Translations under genes and position numbers: made by a program
The notes under the pieces: generated by a model
The model's database searches: none
The model's input: the letters and a program-made list of their open reading frames with translations, nothing else
What the model was told of the DNA's origin: nothing
Assembly (NCBI GenBank): GCA_049303795.1
Contig: JBAQNM010000015.1
Location: 36,590 to 100,589 of the forward strand
Length of the DNA: 64,000 nucleotides
Origin: Candidatus Moraniibacteriota bacterium
GTDB lineage: Bacteria > Patescibacteriota > Minisyncoccia > Moranbacterales > UBA2206
Reading direction: 5' to 3'
Shown: one piece after another, positions 46,300-57,154 of the stretch
Position numbering within the stretch: the first letter of the stretch is position 1
Layout: each line of letters opens with the position of its first letter

Positions 46300-47328
46300 C
46301 TAAACTTTTCCGGCCAACTGGCCACAAGCGCCTTGAACTTCTGCTCCAAGACTTTTTCTAATTGTCACGCTTATTCCATTATTTTCGATATACTTTTTGA
46401 AAATTTGCATTTTATTACCAGAAGTAGCCATAATATCACCGCCTGACTCGTTGTAACGAATTAGATTAATATGCAAAAGCTGCCTATTTCCTATTGATTT
46501 TAAATATGTAGCAAGCAAATAAGCGTCCTCCTCACTATCGTTAATTCCAGCCATCATAACATATTCCATGAAAACCTGCCTTCTTGTTTTAGAAAAATAA
46601 TTTTGCAAAGCCTTTTTCAGCTCTGCTAGATTATATTTTTGATTGATTGGCATATATTGATTTCTTTTTTCGTCAGTTGCAAAATGTAAAGAAACCGCCA
46701 AATTAACTTGAGGAAATTCTTCCGCCATACCTTCAATCCCTTCAGAAATTCCAGCTGTTGAGACAGAAATACTCCGCGAACCGAAAGCAAATAAATTTTT
46801 ATCAATTAGATTTTTGAGGCTTTTTCTTACTTCATCCCAATTCAGAAAAGCCTCACCCATGCCCATATAAACAATGTTGGAAATCTGATCTGTTTTCCAG
46901 TTTTTTTCTAAATATTGTCGCCAAAATAAAACTTGATCGGTAATCTCTTCTGATGTAAGATTTCTTTTAAAACCAGCCTTGCCAGTTGCACAGAACCGAC
47001 AATTCAGCGGACAGCCTACTTGAGAAGAAACGCATACCGACCATTTTTTTGGCAACGCTGAAAGCAAAACTGTTTCTATTAAGCTACCGTCAGTTAGCCT
47101 TAGCAGAGCTTTAACAGATTGCTTATCATTTGAAACTAAAATTTTTTCAGAAGAAAAAGTTAAAATTTTAATTTCTCTTTCTAGTAGTTCACGCAAATCC
47201 TTTGAAATATTAGAGATTTCTAAAAAACTTGAAATACCATCTTGATAGATGGCTTTTTGAATTTGAGTTGCGCGATAGCTTGGCTGATTATGCTCAGTTA
47301 ATATTTTTTTTAATTCTTCAACATTCAT
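46300..47328 (-). CDS. rlmN: 23S rRNA (adenine2503-C2)-methyltransferase RlmN (radical SAM)
   Basis: YRATQI, SSQVGCPLNCRFCATG (CX3CX2C), NIVYMGMGEA. Confidence 0.88.
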   Translation of the reverse strand: MNVEELKKILTEHNQPSYRATQIQKAIYQDGISSFLEISNISKDLRELLEREIKILTFSSEKILVSNDKQSVKALLRLTDGSLIETVLLSALPKKWSVCVSSQVGCPLNCRFCATGKAGFKRNLTSEEITDQVLFWRQYLEKNWKTDQISNIVYMGMGEAFLNWDEVRKSLKNLIDKNLFAFGSRSISVSTAGISEGIEGMAEEFPQVNLAVSLHFATDEKRNQYMPINQKYNLAELKKALQNYFSKTRRQVFMEYVMMAGINDSEEDAYLLATYLKSIGNRQLLHINLIRYNESGGDIMATSGNKMQIFKKYIENNGISVTIRKSLGAEVQGACGQLAGKV

Positions 47329-47336
47329 GTATTTTT

Positions 47337-48800
47337 TTATTTAAAATATAATGCAACTGAAATTACAGAAAGAGTAATCATAAAAACAATTGCTAGCCAA
47401 CCAAAAAATTTAACCCACTTGGGATGAGTTTCTTTTCCCATAATTTTTTTATTATTGCCAACAATCATGATTACAATCAGAAGTGGCAGCGCAATAATAC
47501 CATTCAGAAAAGCAGAATAATATAAGGCTGCGATTGGATTGATATGAAGCAGATTCAATGCTAATCCAACTAGAATAGAAAGGGTAATAATCAAATAAAA
47601 ACCCTTTGCCTGATTAAGTTTCAGCCCTAGACCTTCTTGTAATTTTAATAGTTCTGCCATAGCATAAGCACCAGAGCCGGCTAAAATCGGTATGGCTAGA
47701 AGACCAGTCCCAATAATACCAATAGCGAAAAGCAAATAAGCATAATCGCCAGCTAGTGGTCTTAATGCTAGTGCCGCTTGCTCTGCTGAATCAATATTAG
47801 TTATTCCGTTTGCAAAAAAAGTATGAGCAGCTGTGAGCACAATAAAGAAAAAAACTATATTTGCTAAAATCATTCCGGCGCCAACATCAGTACGCATGCG
47901 AGCAAGTTTGAAACGCAAAGAAGGATTTCTTTTTCCGGAAAGCATTTCGTGCTCTAATTTATTCTCTTCTACTTCTTCAGACGCTTGCCAAAAAAAGAGA
48001 TATGGGGTAACGGTCGTTCCAAATACCGCCATCATGGCAAAAACATATTCTCCATTAAAATTAATTTCTGGTAAAAAAGTCCATCGTAAAACAGCTAGCC
48101 AATCAGGGTGAATTATTATGCCAGTTATGATATAAGCTAGAACGGAAAGCGTCAGCCACTTTAAAAACTTAACGTAGTAATGATAACCGACAAATATTTC
48201 CATGACGATAGATAGAAGAGCGAAAAAAAGTGCTCCAATATAAAAATTCAGATTCGTAAGCATGGAAAGTGCCGCCGCCATCGCTCCTAAATCAGCACCA
48301 ATATTGGCAACGTTAGCAATAATCAATAAGATGACGGCTACTGCAACTACTCTTTTCTTATAATGCCTCGATAATACACCCGTCAATCCTTGATTAGTCA
48401 CAATCCCGATTCGTGCACAAACCTCTTGCACAGCAAGCATCACTGGCAAGAGCCAAGCAGCCATCCAAATGATTGAGAAGCCAAATTGTGCTCCAACAGA
48501 AGAATAAGTTCCAATACCAGAAGGATCATCATCAGATGCTCCGGTTATTAGGCCTGGCCCAAGTGCTCGAAAAAAATATTGTGCCTTTTTTCTAGGATTA
48601 GACATTATACTTCTAGCCACAGCAACCTCTGAATGAGCAATTTGAAAAGTTCCGTCAATAGCGCGCACTGCTTTAATTTCTCCCCACAAAACCAACTTTT
48701 TAGCTAGAACCAAGGGAATGCCTATCTCATGACGAAATTCAGAAAGAGTGAAAAATTGCTTATTATCATTTTGCTCTTGGATATTCTTTTCTTGTTCCAT
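47337..48800 (-). CDS. NRAMP-family divalent metal transporter with an N-terminal extension
   Basis: GPGLITGASDDDPSGIGTYSSVGAQFG matches the NRAMP consensus GPG...DPG......GA.FG. About 11 TM helices. Confidence 0.75.
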   Translation of the reverse strand: MEQEKNIQEQNDNKQFFTLSEFRHEIGIPLVLAKKLVLWGEIKAVRAIDGTFQIAHSEVAVARSIMSNPRKKAQYFFRALGPGLITGASDDDPSGIGTYSSVGAQFGFSIIWMAAWLLPVMLAVQEVCARIGIVTNQGLTGVLSRHYKKRVVAVAVILLIIANVANIGADLGAMAAALSMLTNLNFYIGALFFALLSIVMEIFVGYHYYVKFLKWLTLSVLAYIITGIIIHPDWLAVLRWTFLPEINFNGEYVFAMMAVFGTTVTPYLFFWQASEEVEENKLEHEMLSGKRNPSLRFKLARMRTDVGAGMILANIVFFFIVLTAAHTFFANGITNIDSAEQAALALRPLAGDYAYLLFAIGIIGTGLLAIPILAGSGAYAMAELLKLQEGLGLKLNQAKGFYLIITLSILVGLALNLLHINPIAALYYSAFLNGIIALPLLIVIMIVGNNKKIMGKETHPKWVKFFGWLAIVFMITLSVISVALYFK

Positions 48801-48863
48801 GTATTTTTAATTATTTTCTTTATTTAAGAATAACTACAAAAACAATAAAAGACAAGCGACAAT

Positions 48864-48894
48864 TAAAAAAGACGCCTCATCGACGTCTTTTTTA
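48864..48894 (-). terminator. terminator downstream of rplL
   Basis: AAGACG...CGTCTT hairpin flanked by an A-run and a T-run. Confidence 0.55.
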
Positions 48895-48908
48895 AAATAG
48901 AAAAGCTA

Positions 48909-49319
48909 TTATTTCAAAGTTACAGTCGCACCAGCCTCTTCCAATTTCTTTTTCATGTTGTCAGCATCAGCCTTGGAAACTTTTTCCTTAATTACCTTTG
49001 GAGCAGCATCTACTAAATCTTTAGCATCCTTAAGTCCTAGGCCAGTTAATTCACGAACGGCCTTGATTACATTGATTTTTGAAGCTCCACAATTTGTTAC
49101 TTCAACATCGAATTCTGATTTTTCTTCAACTGCAGCAGCCTCACCAGCAGCAGCTGGAGCAGCAGCCATCATCATTCCTGCAGAAGCAGAAACACCAAAT
49201 TTCTCTTCTAGAACCTTAACTAGCTCAGATAATTCCAAAACACTCATTGTTTCAATTTCAGAAACAAGCTTTTGAAATTTTTCTGGAACTACTACTTCTT
49301 CTTTCTTTTCTTCTGTCAT
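48909..49319 (-). CDS. rplL: 50S ribosomal protein L7/L12
   Basis: N-terminal dimerisation helix, Ala-rich hinge and C-terminal [24 protein letters not shown]...[12 protein letters not shown]. Confidence 0.92.
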   Translation of the reverse strand: MTEEKKEEVVVPEKFQKLVSEIETMSVLELSELVKVLEEKFGVSASAGMMMAAAPAAAGEAAAVEEKSEFDVEVTNCGASKINVIKAVRELTGLGLKDAKDLVDAAPKVIKEKVSKADADNMKKKLEEAGATVTLK

Positions 49320-49359
49320 ATTTTTATACTTATATATTTAATTAACTTAATTAGTAAAA

Positions 49360-49875
49360 TTATTTTGAATCTGCCACTGCTTTAAGCACACGAACCAAAC
49401 CACTAATATTTCCTGAAAGCACTCGAACAAAACCAGAAACAGGTGCATTGATTGTTCCAATAAATTTTGCCAGAAGTTCTTGTTTGGACGGTAGTTTGGA
49501 AAGAGCCACAACTTCTTCAGTAGAAAGCATCTTGCCATCTAATACTCCCCCGGTTACCTTTAGATTGGTATTTGTCTTAGCGAAATTGCTAATTATTTTC
49601 GCCGCAGCAACCTCGTCTTTAGGTGAAACAGCAATAGCGATTTGTCCTTCCATGTCTTTCACACTAGCAGCAATCCCCGCTTCTTTAAGAGCAATATCTA
49701 TCAGTGTTTTTTTAACAACCTTAAGACTGATGCTTTCAGTGCGCAATTCTTTTCTCAGGGCAACCAAGTCCTTCATGGTCATTCCCTTGAAATCAGAAAA
49801 AACGACAGCCTTAGCCTCTTTTAATTTTTCAACCAACTCTTTTGTAATTAATTCTTTTTGAGTCCTTGTTTGCAT
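49360..49875 (-). CDS. rplJ: 50S ribosomal protein L10
   Basis: MQTRTQKELITKELVEKLKEAKAVVFSDFKGMTMKDLVALRKELR is a typical L10 N-terminus. Confidence 0.9.
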   Translation of the reverse strand: MQTRTQKELITKELVEKLKEAKAVVFSDFKGMTMKDLVALRKELRTESISLKVVKKTLIDIALKEAGIAASVKDMEGQIAIAVSPKDEVAAAKIISNFAKTNTNLKVTGGVLDGKMLSTEEVVALSKLPSKQELLAKFIGTINAPVSGFVRVLSGNISGLVRVLKAVADSK

Positions 49876-49893
49876 AAAATTTTTCGTTTATTA

Positions 49894-49920
49894 AATTAAA
49901 AAACTGCGGGCTTTCCGCAG
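49894..49920 (-). terminator. terminator after rpsP
   Basis: CTGCGG-AAAGC-CCGCAG hairpin followed by a T-run on the minus strand. Confidence 0.6.
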
Positions 49921-50009
49921 AATTAAAACAAAAAAATATATTTTTGTTTTCCTCAATAGGACTTATTAATGCCTATGGTCTACGGAAAAAACTTTATTCT
50001 ATTTTAAAA

Positions 50010-50438
50010 TTATTCGCTCTTTACGGTCTCAGTTGACATTTCTTCTACTACTGGCGCAGCAACTTCTTCAATTTTATCTTCAATCTTAGTCTTGATTTCC
50101 GCTACAGCATCTTCTGCCTTAGCTTCAACTTTATTCCCACCTTCTGGAGAAACTTCAGCAACAGCAACTTTTTTCTCTGGTAATTTTACTTTTCTTTTCT
50201 CTCCAGTGATAACTGCATTTTTAACCAATAAGTTATAAACAGTATCTGAAGTATGAGCGCCTTTTTCAATCCAATACTTAATTCTCTCTTCATTTAAAAC
50301 TGTTACTTTTGAGTGCGGATTATGGCTTCCCAGTATTTCCACATGTCGTCCTCCCGGAGCAATGGTGCGTTCTTGAAGCATTATTTTGAATTGAGCCTTA
50401 TTCCTCTTTCCTGCTCTTGCAAGTCTTATAGTCAGCAT
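50010..50438 (-). CDS. rpsP: 30S ribosomal protein S16 with a C-terminal extension
   Basis: MLTIRLARAGKRNKAQFKIMLQERTIAPGGRHVEILGSHNP matches the S16 N-terminus. About 60 extra acidic residues at the C-terminus. Confidence 0.85.
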   Translation of the reverse strand: MLTIRLARAGKRNKAQFKIMLQERTIAPGGRHVEILGSHNPHSKVTVLNEERIKYWIEKGAHTSDTVYNLLVKNAVITGEKRKVKLPEKKVAVAEVSPEGGNKVEAKAEDAVAEIKTKIEDKIEEVAAPVVEEMSTETVKSE

Positions 50439-50712
50439 AATTGTTTTGTTTAATAAAAAGCACGGCGCAAAAAGCGCTTATTTATATAATTTAGGTTACT
50501 GGTACAGTTTATGTTTTTTTTGAATTATTGTCAAGTTTTATGCCCTATATCACCAAATAAACTATATATTACAAAAAAATCATACTATATGACATTTATT
50601 TTTATATTGAATAGTATTCAAAAAATAAACACCCGACTAAACCTACTAATAATACGCCATACTTGTAAAAATTTACAATATACTGACTAGTAGTTTTATT
50701 TTTTTAAGGATT

Positions 50713-53286
50713 ATGCTAAAATTAAACCATTATATAGATACTCCTATGTCAAGAAAAAAACCCGACAAAAAAACACAACTTTTGAAACCAGAATTTCAAA
50801 ATATTTTAATTTGTAAGAAAAAAGAGCACCGCCCGTTCCTAGAGATTCTTATTGAAGAACCAGAAAATATCTCAAGAAAAAACCTAGGTGTCCTTGTTGG
50901 AATTTTTCAAATCAATGATTATTCTGAAGACTCCTCCTATATTGTAAACTACCTTATTTCGGTTATAAAAAAGGAGTATTTTTCTCATATTAATCACGGA
51001 TCAGTGGAAAATTTCGAAGCAGCTCTACATAAAGCTAATCTCGCCCTGGCAAAATTAGCTTCTCATGAAAATATTGACTGGATTGGTAATCTTAATGCTG
51101 TTTGTGCTGTAATCGAAAAAAATAATATCCTAATTTCTCAGACTGGAACAGCATCTGTCTTTCTACTACGCAAAACAAACTTTATTGAAATAACTGAAAG
51201 CACCCAAGAGCAATCTGAAATAAGTCCGCTCAAAACTTTTCAGGATGTAATATCGGGAAAGATAGAAAAAGATGATAAGATTATTTTTACGACAAAAGAA
51301 ATTTTTGAGCTTTTTTCCTTAGAAGAAATAAAAAGAAGCGCACTTAAATTCTCCCAAGATAATTTCATTCAATTTCTCAATACCGCTCTTATCAACGAAC
51401 TTGATCAAGTAGCGACATTAATTGTGGATGTTTTTGAACAGGAAGATCCAAGTGTCATGGCCTCTGCGCCAACAAAAAAAACACCCCAAATTAATGCTTT
51501 CAGTCAAACGACATTTAGAAAAAAAGAAGCCCCGCGTCAAACATTAAAAGAATCAGAAGAAATACCACCCGTAACCATTCTCAACCAAAACGAAACAACA
51601 GCGAAATCCAAAGAGAAGGAGGATTTTATTGATAAAAAAAATGGTCACATCTACATGAAGGAAGAGCTTGATTCAGAGGGAAAATCTGAAGAAAAAACGC
51701 CTTTGATTGATTTTTCTTTATTGTGGAATAATTTTATTACTTCCTCCTCTACTTTTGGAAAGAGTGCTAAAAAACAAATGACGATTATTGGAAAATCAAT
51801 CGCAATGCCAATATTATCCGTTAAAGCTAATACGAGAAAATACATAATAGCATCAACCAGAAATATTAAGGCAATCCCTGCTAAACTTAAAAAGAAAAAA
51901 GAAAGAACGCCTGATGAATTAGAAGCAATGGTTTTGAATAATTTAAGAAAAGAAGCAGCAAGCCAGCTAATAGAAAAACCAATTATTGACAATAACGAAC
52001 TGACAGAATCACTCCCGCCTAAAACATCAATCTATTTAAAGACAATTCAAACATATAATGACTACATTCCTAAGTTTAACAAAAAGTTTGCCTGGCTTTG
52101 GGAGGGATTTATTGACATTTCTGTTATTGTTTTACATCAACCAGTTAAAGGTTTTTTCGCTATTAAAGCTTTCCTCGAAGAGAAAAAACAGAGAGAAAAA
52201 ATAGAAAAAACTCCTGTTACTTTCGAAGAGAAGTTGAGCGAGAAAGATATTGAAGCTTTTTTTTCAAAGGATACTATCGCAACGTCTTCAATTGAAAAAG
52301 ATGTAGAAAAAAATTGGCTTCTCAAAGCAAAACAGGTCCTTCCTGATTTTTCCAGACTTAAGGATTTCGGAAATAAATTCAATTCCAAGCAAAAACTATC
52401 GGCCATCCTGATTCTATTCATGCTTTTGATAGTCCCCTATTGGATAGCAAAATGGGCGAATAAAACAACTGAGGAAAAAACAATTCCGATTGTTGAAACA
52501 GCGCCTATTGCAATATTACCGTTAGAAAAAGATAAAAATGTCATAAGATTAGAAAATTTAAATGAATTATATTCCGGAGAAAATATTCAAAACATAATCA
52601 ATCTCAAAAGCAAGTTGCTTGTTATCAAATCTGATTCCATTATCAATCTTGAGACACAAAAAAACATTCCAATTCCAGCTGATTTTAAAAATCCAGACTC
52701 ATCCTTCATCATGCAAGATTTAAATACTATCTTTCTTATTAAAAACAACCAACTATCAGGGTTCACTCCATCCAACGAAAAATTTGCAACCAATAATCTT
52801 GCTTTTCCAACTAGTGACAAAATAACTGATATTAAAACTTATCTCACCTATCTCTACATTTTAGATAAAAATAATAATCAAATTTATCGCTACCCAAAAA
52901 CTGAAGGCGGATTTAATGATAAATCAGCTTGGATCAGTGAAAATATCGATTTATCCAATTCCAGCAGTATGACTATAAACCAAAGTATTTTTGTCATTAA
53001 TAATAATGAGATCATTAAGTTTTTTTCCCATAAAAGAATGCCTTTTTCAATAGAAGAAACTGCCACGCCAATCATGCTGAGTAAAATATTCACCGCACAA
53101 GACATAACAAATTTATATATTCTTGATAATAAGAATTCAAGAATAATCAAATTAGATGCTGATGGAAATATAGTGGCTCAATATTACAATGAAAAAATTG
53201 CTACTGCTAATGTTTTTTCTGTATCAGAAGAAAATAATTTGATCTATATTTCAAATGGGAATGGGGTGGAAAGTTTTAATATGTAG
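50713..53286 (+). CDS. large hypothetical protein (857 aa) with a central TM helix
   Basis: Long ORF with a Lys/Glu-rich middle and one clear TM (LSAILILFMLLIVPYWIAKWA). The C-terminal ~350 aa has a beta-rich composition. Confidence 0.55.
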   Translation: MLKLNHYIDTPMSRKKPDKKTQLLKPEFQNILICKKKEHRPFLEILIEEPENISRKNLGVLVGIFQINDYSEDSSYIVNYLISVIKKEYFSHINHGSVENFEAALHKANLALAKLASHENIDWIGNLNAVCAVIEKNNILISQTGTASVFLLRKTNFIEITESTQEQSEISPLKTFQDVISGKIEKDDKIIFTTKEIFELFSLEEIKRSALKFSQDNFIQFLNTALINELDQVATLIVDVFEQEDPSVMASAPTKKTPQINAFSQTTFRKKEAPRQTLKESEEIPPVTILNQNETTAKSKEKEDFIDKKNGHIYMKEELDSEGKSEEKTPLIDFSLLWNNFITSSSTFGKSAKKQMTIIGKSIAMPILSVKANTRKYIIASTRNIKAIPAKLKKKKERTPDELEAMVLNNLRKEAASQLIEKPIIDNNELTESLPPKTSIYLKTIQTYNDYIPKFNKKFAWLWEGFIDISVIVLHQPVKGFFAIKAFLEEKKQREKIEKTPVTFEEKLSEKDIEAFFSKDTIATSSIEKDVEKNWLLKAKQVLPDFSRLKDFGNKFNSKQKLSAILILFMLLIVPYWIAKWANKTTEEKTIPIVETAPIAILPLEKDKNVIRLENLNELYSGENIQNIINLKSKLLVIKSDSIINLETQKNIPIPADFKNPDSSFIMQDLNTIFLIKNNQLSGFTPSNEKFATNNLAFPTSDKITDIKTYLTYLYILDKNNNQIYRYPKTEGGFNDKSAWISENIDLSNSSSMTINQSIFVINNNEIIKFFSHKRMPFSIEETATPIMLSKIFTAQDITNLYILDNKNSRIIKLDADGNIVAQYYNEKIATANVFSVSEENNLIYISNGNGVESFNM

Positions 53287-53311
53287 AAACCTACTACATT
53301 AAAAAATACCC

Positions 53312-53356
53312 AAAAAAAAGAGGCCTTATCCTTTCAGATAATGCCTCTTTTTAAAA
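53312..53356. terminator. bidirectional terminator between convergent genes
   Basis: AAGAGGC...GCCTCTT stem flanked by an A-run and a T-run. Confidence 0.45.
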
Positions 53357-53361
53357 AATCA

Positions 53362-53736
53362 TTATTGTAGTTTTTCCATTGCTGCTGCTTTTTCTAATTC
53401 ATCCTTCTCTGCTGAAATCTCCCTATAAGCCTGATCTGAATCATTTTTAACACCATCGATCTCTTTTCCAAAAGTTTCTTCTGCACTTTTCAGGCTATCT
53501 ACCAAAATTTGCTTCTCTGCCTGAACCTCGGGAGAGTCCGCATCCAAAGTGACATCTTCGCCTTTGAAAGTATCCTCGATTTCTGCTTGCAAGGCATCAT
53601 CAACTAAATCTAGGGCCTCAGTTTCAGTTTTTTCTCCACTTTTTATTTCCTCAATTAATTGAGCTTTTTTTTCACCATCAAGCTCTTCAATTTCCCCTAT
53701 TTGCCTAACAATATCTTCTATATTTTGATTTTCCAT
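53362..53736 (-). CDS. hypothetical small acidic protein
   Basis: 124-aa ORF, D/E-rich and helical. Last gene of the minus-strand cluster. Confidence 0.45.
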   Translation of the reverse strand: MENQNIEDIVRQIGEIEELDGEKKAQLIEEIKSGEKTETEALDLVDDALQAEIEDTFKGEDVTLDADSPEVQAEKQILVDSLKSAEETFGKEIDGVKNDSDQAYREISAEKDELEKAAAMEKLQ

Positions 53737-53793
53737 TTCTTTAATTTATAAATTAAAAATTATCTCCAATCTCCATCTTATTGACTAACTAGC

Positions 53794-54483
53794 TTAGTTA
53801 GCACCACCAAGCGCCGCTATCTTAGCTCTAATTTCTGCTTGTTTTGCCATAAGTTTGTTGATTTTCTCCTGCTTTTTGCTATCTTTAGATCTCAATTTTT
53901 CCATTCTTCTGTTATTAATGAAATCGCGAAACCTTCCCTTTGCTGCATTCATTTTAGAAACTAAATTATCATAAGCTTCCGAACCTCTCTCTGCTAGTTC
54001 ATTGTATTTTTCACTTGCCTTATTTGTTAATATTTTTGCGCCTTCTACTGTCTTAGATGTCACGAAAGAACCTGCTTCTACTGTAGCCATTCCCGCAGCT
54101 AATCCCGCTTCTCCAACGGCTCTCGCCCCTCTACCGGCAGCATCAACACCACTTGTAATAATTTCACCAGCTTTATTTTTTACCACATTTGCCCCTTCAA
54201 CCGTTTTGGAAACTACCAATGCTCCCGCTTCCATACTAGCTGTCCCAACAGCCTGTGCTGCTCTGCTAGAAGCCTCTGGTAACGCTAGCATCTTAAACAT
54301 TCCTTTTTTAATGCCACCCCATGTTTTACTGGCAGCTTCCGCAATAGCAGCAGCTCTCTTTTCTCCTATTGACTCTAGACTCTCTTGACTTTCAGGTTTT
54401 TGTTGAGCCTCAACATTTTCCCCTACAGGACTCACTTTTTCTGTTTTTGAACCGGAACCGCCACCATCTGGACTTTTAAACAT
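53794..54483 (-). CDS. hypothetical protein with an internal ~45-aa duplication
   Basis: RAAQAVGTASMEAGALVVSKTVEGANVVKNKAGE and RGARAVGEAGLAAGMATVEAGSFVTSKTVEGAKILTNKASE. Confidence 0.5.
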   Translation of the reverse strand: MFKSPDGGGSGSKTEKVSPVGENVEAQQKPESQESLESIGEKRAAAIAEAASKTWGGIKKGMFKMLALPEASSRAAQAVGTASMEAGALVVSKTVEGANVVKNKAGEIITSGVDAAGRGARAVGEAGLAAGMATVEAGSFVTSKTVEGAKILTNKASEKYNELAERGSEAYDNLVSKMNAAKGRFRDFINNRRMEKLRSKDSKKQEKINKLMAKQAEIRAKIAALGGAN

Positions 54484-54644
54484 ACGCTTTTTGATTTCAA
54501 CTAAAAAGTTTATAAAAAAACTTCTTAATTAAAATGAATTAATAATGAATTATTTAAATCGCATCCTCTCCATACTGATTTTACACAAAAATTGACCCGC
54601 TTGCAAACATAGAAAAAACAAGCTGAATAATACTTTAATAGCAA

Positions 54645-57110
54645 TTACAATCTTGTTCTCGCAATAATTTCCTGATTGACAATGTGTCTATCTCGACCGT
54701 ATGTTAGGCGGGATAATTCTTTTATCGCATTGGCAATTTCTTGACTGCCCTTAGTTGGAGCGAAGCCTTCAATATTAAACGGTTTCGTCAAAACACCATT
54801 AATCAAAACCTTGGCGAAGCCTTTATGGTTATCCACATTCACCAGATCATTACGAGTGAATACTGGCGCGACTTGTTTTTCCAAAAATTCCGCATCCTCC
54901 GGACCAACACGATATAGAATCATTGAGCCAATATTACCGAATACCGCTTTCGAAATTTCTTCTTTGAGCTGAGCTATAAATTGATGAGCAATATTAAGAC
55001 AAAGTCGATATTTTCGCGCTTCTGATAAAATTTGAGCGATAGAATTAGTAGTTACATTTTGAAATTCATCAAGATAGAGATAAAAATCAACACGATCATT
55101 TTCCGCGATATTAGTCCGCCCCAATGCTGCCATCAATATTTTACCTACGATCACCATACCGAGAAGTCTTGCGTTAATTTCACCAATTTTTCCCTTGGAA
55201 AGAGCAACTAGAAGAATTTTTTTATTATCCATTATTTCGCGAAAATTGATTGTACTCTTTTGTTGCGAAATAATTGGGCGCATCATGTCATTGGAAATAA
55301 AGGGCGTCAGCTTGGAAGTAATATAAGGCACCATATTAGCTAATGCTGCATCTCCTCCAGCTTTTTCAGCTTCTTTTGTCCAAAAATCAACCACTGTTTG
55401 ATTAGTGCATTTGGAAATTTTCATTGCACGAAATTCTTCATCCGCCAACACTTTAGAAATTTCCATTAAAGTTGAACCTGACTCAGGATCACTCATGACA
55501 AGAAACATAGCATTTCGCATATATTGCTCAAACATCGGTCCTCCAGTTGCCTTCAAATCATATAATTGATCAAAAATACCAATCATCTCATTAATCACGA
55601 AAGTCATTTGCTCCGGATGCTCAGGGTCATATTCCATCATATTAAGACCGAAAGGACGCTCAACATCAGACGGATCAAAAAAGACTACGTCTTGCGCTCT
55701 TTCCTTAGGAATTGAAGCTAGAATATCTTCAATTGCATCCCCATGGGGATCAATAAAGCAAAAACCTCGTCCCTCACGCGCATCTTGTTTAGCCATTTCT
55801 TGTAAAATAGTAGTCTTTCCAGTTCCAGTTTGACCAATTGCGTAAAGATGCCTTCTTCGATCACTTTCTGTCAAACGAATATCTGTTTTTACTCCACGAT
55901 ACTCATTAAAGCCAATTAGAATCCCCTCATTTGGAATCCCAACTGGAGGTGGTGCAGCATTAGCCTTGAGCCACTTAATTTTTGGCGCCTCAGTTGTAGA
56001 TATCGGAATATGAAAAATACTAGCTATTTCCTCTACCCCTAAAATCATCCCTTCTTCTGGTTTAAAATTACGGAAAATAAAATCATAGGCTGTTATTTGA
56101 TTATTACCTCTTTTGACCTTAAAGCAGTTAATGTCACCGTTTTCATATTGTGAAAAAGCATTTTCCAGATGCGATAAAATTTCTTGTGCTCGCTCGCTGG
56201 TAGCAGCTGATGCGACTAAGCGGATATTAGTTTCAAATCCTGTCTTTGAAGCTTTTTTCTCAATGCCCTTGACTAACTCTTGTTCTTCGGGGGTTAGCTG
56301 AACAGTCTTGTTTTTATCCATACCACTCTCGTCTTTTTTACCTGAAGACAACATTGTTGAAAAAACCTCACCGATTCCATCGAATACGTGAGCTCCAAAA
56401 GATTTATCCGCATCTTCAAGTCTTTTTCCTTGTTGCATCTTGTGTGCGATCTTTTTTCCCTCACTACGCCAAAGCGTTCCAGCTGGCTTGATAATCAACT
56501 GAATCCCGGCTCCCTCCGTTTCATTTTCTAGTTTACTAATTGCATTAGCGATAGCGTTAAGCGGATCCATTTTTTGGCTTTCATATGTACGAATCGGAAG
56601 TGCAGGCTTATTTTTAAGTTTAATTATCGACGTTACGGTTTTACTGCCAGGAGAAAAAATGTTGTAATCAGCTGCTCTTTCCAAAGAAGCATATGGAAAA
56701 AAACTATTAATCTGTTTTTCAATATTTTCTCTATACTTTTTTGGCACAGCAATAAAAAAAATAATCTCCTCGCTTTTTGATGGCTTTGCAATTTCTAAAG
56801 AAATACACGGAGAACCATACATTAATTTTTTGAAAAAACTATGCGTATCCTTAATAGATGAAAAAGCCGTCAACATTTGCTCCATCGCACCAATTTCACC
56901 CTTCCAAGACTCACCGTCCTTGCTTTTTTCTTCTTCTGATTTATTAAGCTTGGATACTCTAATTACATCTAAATCAAGGTTCATTGATTGGTTAATTTGA
57001 GCACGGAAACCAAGAAAACTAGAAATTATCATCCAGATTCCACTGATAAAAGTTAAAATACCAGAGACAATAAGGCAAATATTAATCAAGGGGGAGAGAT
57101 CTATATTCAT
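54645..57110 (-). CDS. membrane-anchored P-loop ATPase of the VirD4/TraG/TraD (type IV coupling protein-like) family
   Basis: N-terminal TM helix. Walker A HLYAIGQTGTGKTT, then FIDPHGD, Walker B YLYLDEFQN followed by IAHQFIAQL. The order and spacing of these motifs is what is seen in T4CP/FtsK-HerA-type ATPases. Confidence 0.65.
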   Translation of the reverse strand: MNIDLSPLINICLIVSGILTFISGIWMIISSFLGFRAQINQSMNLDLDVIRVSKLNKSEEEKSKDGESWKGEIGAMEQMLTAFSSIKDTHSFFKKLMYGSPCISLEIAKPSKSEEIIFFIAVPKKYRENIEKQINSFFPYASLERAADYNIFSPGSKTVTSIIKLKNKPALPIRTYESQKMDPLNAIANAISKLENETEGAGIQLIIKPAGTLWRSEGKKIAHKMQQGKRLEDADKSFGAHVFDGIGEVFSTMLSSGKKDESGMDKNKTVQLTPEEQELVKGIEKKASKTGFETNIRLVASAATSERAQEILSHLENAFSQYENGDINCFKVKRGNNQITAYDFIFRNFKPEEGMILGVEEIASIFHIPISTTEAPKIKWLKANAAPPPVGIPNEGILIGFNEYRGVKTDIRLTESDRRRHLYAIGQTGTGKTTILQEMAKQDAREGRGFCFIDPHGDAIEDILASIPKERAQDVVFFDPSDVERPFGLNMMEYDPEHPEQMTFVINEMIGIFDQLYDLKATGGPMFEQYMRNAMFLVMSDPESGSTLMEISKVLADEEFRAMKISKCTNQTVVDFWTKEAEKAGGDAALANMVPYITSKLTPFISNDMMRPIISQQKSTINFREIMDNKKILLVALSKGKIGEINARLLGMVIVGKILMAALGRTNIAENDRVDFYLYLDEFQNVTTNSIAQILSEARKYRLCLNIAHQFIAQLKEEISKAVFGNIGSMILYRVGPEDAEFLEKQVAPVFTRNDLVNVDNHKGFAKVLINGVLTKPFNIEGFAPTKGSQEIANAIKELSRLTYGRDRHIVNQEIIARTRL

Positions 57111-57154
57111 TTATTTGTTTTAATTTAAATTTTATTTTTATAGAATATCCGGTT

